In this document: piece after piece, positions 51,715 to 64,000 of the stretch
Layout of the letters: every line of letters starts with the position of its first letter
How positions within the stretch are numbered: the stretch's first letter is position 1
DNA from: Eledone cirrhosa
Lineage: Eukaryota
DNA length: 64,000 nucleotides
Direction: 5' to 3'
NCBI GenBank assembly: GCA_964016885.1
Contig: OZ024740.1
Span: 23,932,001 to 23,996,000 of the forward strand
Position numbers and translations under genes: made by a program
Notes under the pieces: model-generated
Database searches by the model: none
What the model was told of the DNA's origin: nothing
The model's input: only the letters and a program-made list of their open reading frames with translations

Positions 51715-52439
51715 TAGATATATGTGTGTGTGTCTGTGTGTATGTATATGTGTGTGTATGTACGTATGTGTTTATCTACAGTAAATATATGAAGGAGTGA
51801 TGTTCCATTTGGTGTCTGGATGTATTTAAAGCTATGTTAGTGTGTAGATACTAAACACTAATGTAAAACAAACGGAATGCACTTAAGTCTAGATCCTACT
51901 CACCATGAACCCAACGACATTTTAATAAGACAAACGCCATTTTGTCACGAGGTCACTTCAGGTTTATCTACGTAAATATAACATTCTGCAACCTACAATA
52001 TCACCGAAAATTATTTTGAAAAACTTCCAGTACTTTTGTCACTTTATTACAAGTGAAGATAAGATGTGGGAGATAAATTAAATTATGTCATATCCACATA
52101 TAACTTTTTCTGAAGAGAGTCTCATATATTACAGTATATACATCTATTCTTGAAACACACACAGACACACACATATACATACACACAGACAAAGACATAC
52201 ACACAGAAACACAAATGCACTCACACAAATGTATACACACAAACACTCACACACAAAAACACAAATACACACGCGCACGCACACGCACATATAGAGAGAG
52301 ACAGATAGATAGATAGACAGATGGATAGACAGACAGGCAGATCGATAGATAGATACGCAGATAGTCACACACACACACACATATATATATATATGTGTTT
52401 ATCTGCTCCTACGAGTTTTATTAAGAAATGCCAGACTTG

Positions 52440-53650
52440 TTCTCCGATCTCCCGAAGCGCTCTACTGCAACTGGCAACAGAACGGGAGTATTCTCAGTTC
52501 TGTGCGCTCTGGTGTAGTAACGCCTATGTGGAAAGGCGAGAACGAAAGGGATACTTTAGATAATTTCAGGCCCATAACTCTGTTGAAAACAGCGTTTCAG
52601 ATGTTAGTGAAGATGTTGGCGAAATGGTTCGCGCTTGACGTCGAGGGTCAGTTAGAGGAGACGGAAACTTGCACAATCCCGACCAGGGCCATACACGACA
52701 ACCGCCACCCCATGTGGTAGATCATAGAGAGGGTAGAGTGCAAACCTGGCTTCGGTGGGGCAATTTAGATTAATCGAAAGCTTATGATAGACATTACCTT
52801 CGATACCTCGTAAAATCGCGTGCTATCTCTCCTCCCTTCTGTACGCATTGACACTTGTACCATTACTTCAGAGGTCGGAGCTGTTGCAGGGCATCCCGCT
52901 CGAACCGGGACGTGGTACTGCTGTATTAGCATATACAGACATCACAGTAATGGTGCGAAACACCTCGCAAACCGAGGTTGTCGGCACCTTCTTAAAAGAA
53001 TATGAAAGGTTTACGGGAGCAAAACTGAACCCGGAAAGTCGGTGGGTTTGCAGCTCGGCACATGGAGAGGTAAATCCATGCCTTTCAGTAGCGTCATCGG
53101 ACGCTGGATGCACAGACCCGTGAATTTTCTTAGGGTCTGGTTCGGAACGAACCTTCAGATGGAAAAGAAGTGGAACGAGGTAAAGAAACATGATGGTCAC
53201 TGTCACCTAGAAATAGGCCAACAGGAAGGTATCCCTGAAAGGTCGGGAGGAGATGGCGAACGTGTACATCACGTCCGTCATGTACAACCTCACCAAATTG
53301 GAACGCCTGCTCTTCCATGTTTTGTGGAAGGGACATGTTCCATTGGTGAGGTGGTCTTTCTGCTGCCAACAGTCTCCCCACGGAGGGCTGGGCATGCCAT
53401 GGCTGATGATGCACAAACACGCGCTGAAGCTACGGCATCTTCGGATATTCTGTTTAAACTATGAACATGTGTCACCGTTTGTGAGACAAGCCTTTCCTCA
53501 GTTCGTCTCTTTGATGAGTTGCAGTCCTGGGTCAAGAAATGAGAGACTGGAGCCTAGCATCTGCAATGTCGTCTGGCACTCATTCCACTTTACCAGGCGT
53601 GCAATGCGGTCAGTGGAACTTCCACTCTCCAGTTCTATTGAGGATTAGTG
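52440..53650 (+). mobile_element. L1/Tx1-clade LINE reverse-transcriptase remnant (frameshifted, internally deleted)
   Basis: Motifs in order: LDNFRPITLL....MLVKMLA, TCTIPTRAIHDN, D*SKAYDR, VLAYTD-I (decayed YADD), YERFTGAKLN.ES, LRVWFG, LFHVLWKG, GGLGMP. Confidence 0.9.
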
Positions 53651-54099
53651 CTGCACAAGTGCGCATAGACGCATAGACGCCGTCCTCCAGCAGATGGGTA
53701 TCTTAATAAAAAGATTCAGCTGCTATATCTAGTACATGAACTGTCCACGTAGATTCTCCCCACCACCACAACCAGCACTACCACGCTACCACGTTGGTCT
53801 AGTCTTCTTTATCAACTGCATGATATTCCGAGTTATTTAATTAGGATTTCATATTTTTGCTGTATATGCGTTCCTCGTGTTAAATAACACCATAAAATCC
53901 TGCCATTCTAATACAGCACTTCAATGCAAATGTTTCTATAGCAAACATATTTCATATTTTTCTCCATTAAACTTAACCTCAACGTCATATATTATAAATA
54001 TTAGTTTTTTTTTTAAAGAAAATTTCTCCCATTAAACATACAATATTTTATTTAGATAAATAAAGTATTAAAAACACGAAATATGTTATGGCATTTAAA

Positions 54100-54125
54100 A
54101 ATTTGGAAATGATATACAAATATTT

Positions 54126-54175
<50 letters not shown>

Positions 54176-54216
54176 CATTATACATAATATATATACATAT
54201 GTTTACACACATAGAC

Positions 54217-54280
<64 letters not shown>

Positions 54281-54477
54281 GTATGTATATATAAATACAT
54301 GTATATAAATATATGAATATATATATGTATATATGTATATAAATGTATAATATATATATATATGTATGTATATATATATGTATATACATATATATATATG
54401 TATGTATATATATATATGTGTGTGTGTGTGCGTGTGCGTGTAAATACATATACACATATACATATATATATAAATGC

Positions 54478-54570
<93 letters not shown>

Positions 54571-54645
54571 CGTACGTACACATACGTATATGTATGCATG
54601 CATTCATAGATAAATAGATGCATACATAGAGATATACACATATTT
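54100..54645. repeat. (AT)n/(GT)n microsatellite cluster
   Basis: Direct inspection. Confidence 0.95.
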
Positions 54646-55449
54646 TGTTATAAGTTTAAATATAGATGATATGGGTGAAAATTAATAGAAGTTTTTGACA
54701 TCAGAAATACGATGAATTGCAAACAAATAAATCAAAGAAACAGTGATGAAGCAAAACAAACAACAACAAAAAAAACATTTAATTCAATAAAAATTCTTGC
54801 TTGATGCCGGCCAATGTTGTTTATTAGGTATTTGATTATTTCAGCAATTCCATTTAGAAATACGAGGACGCTGAACATTTCAATTTTGCTTCACCTTAAA
54901 TTATAAGACTTCTTGTCTCGGGAGGAAATCATTAATATATATGTTCTATGGAAGTGTTGGGAAAGGTAGGAGATGAACTGACTACCTGAAAATCATTAGT
55001 TATGTCAAGGAAATGAAGAAGCTTATGTGGACATGTTTGACTTGTTATAAAATGCAGTTAAAATCTGTAAAATATAGATAGATAAATAGAATTCCGTCGG
55101 TTTTGGCGGTGAGAGTTCTAGTTGTTCGCTGATCGGAACATCTCAAACAGATTTACATTTCAGTATCTAAATATTCAAGAGACATAGGATTCAATCTGAT
55201 ACAGTGTTTTCCAAGTTAGTATCTTTGAATCACATGTTCATTTCATATTCCGGTTATCAAATTGCCTTCACAATGTTTGGGTCGTTTAAAAGCTATTTTA
55301 AATACTTTACGAAAATGTAAGACAGTGGGACTGTAGCAGATGTTTCATCATTGTGTAGCGAATGTTTCGTCGTTCGTTGATGTGACATTCACAAATAAAT
55401 GTACAATTAACAAAAGGATTGATGCTATTCAGTAATGTTGTTCTTACTC

Positions 55450-55640
55450 ACCACCATCGGCGCAGTCTTGGCTACCCACAGATGTGAGCCTCACGAGCTT
55501 GAATGATCCTTTCAGCGAGTGTCTCTCATCATCCTCCGGGGCAAAGCCTTCTCTATTCTCTCCTTCGGAGCCGCGGGGCGACTAGCCCGTGGGCCCCATT
55601 TGCTTATAATAGCGAGAGATGGGAGAATGAGAGAGGCAGA
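55450..55640 (+). repeat. Unclassified dispersed repeat, copy 2
   Basis: Homologous to the reverse complement of 940-1163; shared core CCCATTTGCTTATAATAG. Confidence 0.8.
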
Positions 55641-56437
55641 GGCGGTGACAGTGGGAATTTGATTTTATTATGTTCAGTCCTTGTTAGGAATTATTTGTTT
55701 CAGATTGTACATATAAGACAATATATAATTTAAAAATTCATGGCAGCGCCACGGCTGGAAATTTGTTAATCATACATATGCTGGATCAAAGCTGATCAAA
55801 GGATACTATCAACGAGAAACCAGCACAGTAGCCTTTATATGGCTGTCTGTTACTTAAGTCTAGCATCGGTCGAAATGGCTTAAACAACTAAAGAAAACAA
55901 TGAAAACCGAGGGAGCGATAAGTCATATTTTGACAACCACTCTAGTTGCGTGCTGCAGTTGACTAAATCAACTCGCTCTCGACCTCTCAAATATATTACT
56001 TTTACCGGCGTTATTTATTCAATATTTGATACATTCATAGTTGTTGCTTTGTTACTGATGCACATATATGCACTAACTGTGTAGATCGATGGCCAAAAGG
56101 TATTCCAGTCATATCCTATCCATACTTCTAGTATTGCATTATGTCATATATCAGGCTGTTTAACAGGCATAGGGCCTGATTCGATCGATTTTTAGCTACT
56201 ATTTGTGAAAGTCGCTTGATTAGGTAGCGACTCCTTCGTTGCATTGTATCTATTTCTTTAGAAAGCTGTGAAATAGCAAAAGAGTCGTGTTCATGACAAC
56301 ACACACTATAGCAATTATATGTATGTGTTTTATCTAAGAAACCCTCACAGTTTCAGATCTTCATGTGTTTAAATACTTAATCGTTTTTTACATGACGTAA
56401 TAGAACATCGGAAGACAGTACACATAATTCTTTTCAG

Positions 56438-56510
56438 GGACTCTGAAAAAGTTTAAAGAAATGAAAAGAGGATTAAATATTTGGAACAGTGAGAACCCAG
56501 CACCAGGCAC
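56438..56510 (+). CDS. Candidate 73-nt internal exon, product unknown
   Basis: Acceptor AATTCTTTTCAG, donor CAC|GTAAGTA, and one open frame TLKKFKEMKRGLNIWNSENPAPG. No homology recognised. Confidence 0.25.
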
Positions 56511-56879
56511 GTAAGTACTAGATGTGAAACCGTGCGACAGGTTAAGCCTTTAACACAAAACACAAAAATTTCTTCGACAGGCTTCCACACGGTTTCGATT
56601 ACAAAATATCACAAGTTTTGATCGACTCCATGGTAACAATACCCGATGTGCTAATGCAATTGCAAACCAAACTTTATTACAGCATGGCCAGGCTAGTACG
56701 TATTGTAATAGAGCAAATGGTGAAAGGACTCAGATCTATTAAATCGGCTACACCGATCCACCTTAACAACTAAGATAATAGCTTCGTGAGGAACCATTAT
56801 TATTTGTTCCATTAGAGAGTGATGGGTTTTCAGAATCCGTAGGGTAGTGGGAAAATGTCATATGATATATATCAACGCC

Positions 56880-57050
56880 AATTTGCGTTTTGAGTTCAAA
56901 CCCTATCGAAGTCAATTTTGTGTTTCAATGATAAAACAAGTCCCAGTTGAGTACCAGAATCGCTCATAATTTACAATGCTGTATCCCCTACCTTTCCACA
57001 CGCCTACACACATCTGTGACATGGTGCCTATGTTAGACATCATTATTTGT
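56880..57050 (+). mobile_element. Old degenerate SINE related to the 21-23 kb family
   Basis: TGAGTTCAAACCC...AATTTTGTGTTTCA..GATAAAA..CCAGTTGAGTAC...GTGCCTATGTTAGA.ATCATTATT. Confidence 0.55.
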
Positions 57051-57593
57051 TTTATTAGAATTCCATGAGAAATATGCCAGGCAGCAGAGCTGTATATATC
57101 AGGATATCGCGTTGAAATATCGTTTAGAGAATTCAGATGGAAAACAGTGAAAAAAAAAAGAAATACATACACACACATATATATATACACACATGCACAC
57201 TAACACACATGAACATACACATACACTCACACATATATACACACATGCACACAAAAAAAAACACACACACAGAAAATTTGTTATGTTCTACTAAAGGCTG
57301 CGTGCAGTGAATAATTCTGAAATGCTATTTTGCAACTAAAACGAAATGAAAAATATAAATTAATAAATGCAACAATAATGTGACACAAAATATATAAAAC
57401 ACACCAAGTAAATTACAATGCATGACTCAAACTTGTCTAATAGGATTGATAAGATCAAAGGTAGCAATAGGAAATAAGGATTTGTTTTTTCTTTTTCTTT
57501 AAATAACTAACATTTCGGGTAATTTTCCGAATGTATACGTGTATAAGTCTCTCCCTCTTTCTCCTCTTCTTTCTTTCTCTCTCTCTCTCACTG

Positions 57594-57649
<56 letters not shown>

Positions 57650-58099
57650 GCGTGTGACTGATTATTTGTTTGTATGTATGTGTGATTGTTTGTATGTGTG
57701 TGTGAGGTATGACATGGTGGAGTGGAAGGTAGGTAGAAGGAAAGCCAAAGTATTTTTATCTAAAATGGTGACTGGGACAGCTATTTTGTACTACCACGTG
57801 CACTAGAAACGTCATCTATCTTCGTAGCGTTTTAACGAGGTACACGAGACATGCAAGGTATTTAGCTGAAGAGAGATATTTAGATATTAGTAAAGATGAT
57901 ACATGACGTCTTAATAGAGGTCTTAAAGAAAATAGGGAGGCTTAAATGTTCTGAAGAAAGAAAGGAATGTCAATGGGTGTCCATATATGTTTCTGATTTA
58001 AGATAAGGTGGCCAAATACTGAAATTCTATACGCTTAAAGGATTTCATGTGAGAGGATTGTTTTGTTAGATTTATATTAACAGATGGATACAGAGAATT

Positions 58100-58445
58100 A
58101 TTCCTATGTTTAGGCATGGCTTTGTAGTTACCAAATTCTCTCAGTAATCAAGTAGTACCAAATTCAGTACCACTGAATGGTAACTTTGAGCAATTGACTT
58201 CTACTCTACTCTCAAGTCAATACAAACATTTTGAGTGAAGTGGAAATGATGGAGATTGTGCAAATGAATAACAGATGAATTACACTCGTGCTTGATTTGT
58301 ATATTCTATCGCTTGTCTGATTTAACACCATCATATGTACTTTGAGAATTTTTAGATGATTCCACTGTGTTAGAACCAAGCAGATCAAGTACCTAGTTTG
58401 AGGAATCATTGATAACTTAAGGCATGGATATATTCCTACTGCAGC
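58100..58445 (-). pseudogene. Possible decayed hAT transposase fragment
   Basis: One minus frame with stops reads ...SQSTYDGVKSDKR*NIQIKHECNSSVIHLHNLHHF. This is reminiscent of the hAT SQ.YDG..MSG...Q.IK......Y.HC..H.LNL segment. Confidence 0.35.
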
Positions 58446-59479
58446 AATCCCATGTCTATGGCTCTACATTTGTTTAAAAAATATAGAAATGTTCATTAAA
58501 TTTACAAAAATGTGTAGTTTATAAATGAAATTTATTCCAAAATATTTTGAAGAAATTTAACATGGAAACAACACTAAACCAGGTGGCGTTGTTGAACTGG
58601 GAAACGGATTAACGCAGAAAATATGTTGCCTATATCTTAGGCGGGGATTGGAAAAAGTAGTTAGGACTATATATAAATTGCTTTGTGGCATTTGAATGAC
58701 TCCCTACGCATTTAGTTAAAAACCCTCTGAGGTTAACTGTGACTTCATCATTTCACATTCGATATAATAAAGCATCGCTCCAAAGCGGTAGAATTGTGCT
58801 ATTGCCAAAGTGTTTAACTATATGCTCGTTCAGGCTCTTTCGTTTCTGAGTTCAAACTCCGATCTGTTTTACTTGGAAGGTAATCTTCATTTGTACTCGG
58901 TTTAACGCGACTACTAGGCCGTTAGGTGATATTAGCTTAGACCACACTGTTGCAAGCATTTGGGCCAGATATCCAGTTGAGAATATATTCCTCCCACTCA
59001 CACCAAGACGCTGAAATATGTCGTATGCACTCTCCTACCTTAAATGTTTAAATACTAAATGAAAAAATGTATAAGTGTAATATAATTTAATAAATCCTCA
59101 AGAAATATAGTACTAATTCAAATACTTTTATATTTTCGGCACAATATTCATATCAAACGAAACAAAAATAAATAAAGAAATCAAACCTATAAATACAGGT
59201 TAAAATTGACATGTGTGGCTCTAACAAAATTAAAATGTATAATTATATTTCCAATATATATACGACATGTAAAAATAGAAAGTCTTCAGTTTATTATGAT
59301 AAAGTTGAGGGAGGTGGATGAATTGTATCGAAATTGAATTGAGTAGGTTGAAAGGAAAGATAATCACAACAGCATTGTTAGAACCTCCAGGATAGTGTTT
59401 GAATATCACAGATATTTTCCATCCATTTGTATATTACATAGGGTGATATTAGCAACATTAATGTATTGTTAGAATATAT

Positions 59480-63085
<3,606 letters not shown>

Positions 63086-63478
63086 TGTATCTGTCTATAT
63101 ATATATGTTTATTCAATTGAGCCATTGATAACGAATCTAATAGATTTCAGAATCTTATTATTTACCGCACCAATCGTTGAAATATCTATAATAAAATATG
63201 TACTTTAAGAAAAATATCATCCTTACTGTCATTCAATAACGAAACCCTGCCCAGAATGCTTTAAACGTTGATATAACGTAAATTATTAATAACATTAACC
63301 GATTACAATATGAGAATCAATAATATAATTTCGTAATAAATGCATATAATTAACACCAAGAAAAAATATTGCTTTATATTATCTTTGCTTACTTTTTTGT
63401 CTTACGTGATAGTAATAATTGAGAACAGTGTTAACAAATGAATGTTTCAACACTTAATTCGCCTACAAGTTACATGAG

Positions 63479-63753
63479 CAGGGGCCTCGTTTGCCTTAAA
63501 AAATGTGAGGGCGACAAACCAACATTCGTTGATTCTTAAAGGAGCATAAATTGCTTATGGTGCCTTTCCCGGACCCTATCACATAAGTAAAATTTTACCC
63601 TAATTAAATTTTATATATTCAAATGAAGTTCAGATATAAAAAAATAAGCTTAAAAATAATTTATTATATCAGATAATCAAAATATAGAATATAGACGTTT
63701 GTAAAAGTGGGGGATGTCTTTTCCCCTGGTACCCCCCTGAAACAAGGCCCTTG
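63479..63753. mobile_element. hAT-type MITE (275 bp)
   Basis: TIRs CAGGGGCCTCGTTT and (reverse complement) CAAGGGCCTTGTTT, 12/14 identical. 8-bp TSD TACATGAG (63471-78) and TGCATGAG (63754-61). Confidence 0.85.
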
Positions 63754-63819
63754 TGCATGAGTGAGAATAAGTGACCTTTTGCAACTGACATAACTAAATT
63801 TTAGAGCTCTTTGGAATAT

Positions 63820-64000
63820 TTCTCCTTATAGAGGCTTCCTTCGGTCAAGAATGACCATAGGATTTTCACATTACACAAGTACGAGCAAGGTTGTTTGTGG
63901 CAGGCCAGCAGTCGCCTTTGCATACCAGTCCCCTCTCTTGAGACTACTGATGTTGTCCAAGGGAAAGGCAATTAAAGCTTGACACCAGTGACATCACAAT
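63820..64000 (-). mobile_element. SINE 3' portion running off the window
   Basis: CCAGCAGTCGCC...GCATACCAG...GATGTTGTCCAAGGGAAAGGCAA...CACCAGTGAC resembles the 3' body of the family whose head is at 1390-1526. Recalled, not aligned within this window. Confidence 0.5.

Overview
Eukaryotic, very AT-rich, repeat-dominated DNA with no recognisable intact host gene. The SINE families and the density of (AT)n/(CA)n tracts resemble coleoid cephalopod (octopus-like) genomes; this assignment is an inference from remembered repeat families. Two large tandem arrays fill nearly half the window. One is a ~13 kb microsatellite-containing ~55-63 bp minisatellite with 1569-bp higher-order repeats (~6.4-19.6 kb). 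The other is a 16.7 kb satellite of exactly 249 in-phase 67-bp units (31561-48243) whose flanks look like a non-autonomous Helitron/Helentron-type element. The rest is tRNA-derived SINEs (including a cluster of six in alternating orientation), LINE remnants (R4/Dong-type RLE, RTE twice, L1/Tx1), MITEs (Tc1/pogo-like twice, hAT once), two Helitron 3' ends and decayed hAT transposase fragments. The most interesting signal is a set of short non-coding elements next to (TA)n tracts that carry type I hammerhead ribozyme motifs. They occur in fold-back, inverted-pair and direct-repeat arrangements (5.9-6.4 kb, 28.1/31.0 kb, 50.0-50.7 kb), consistent with Penelope-like pLTR or retrozyme-like elements. 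Nearly all ORFs in the supplied track are translations of simple repeats.
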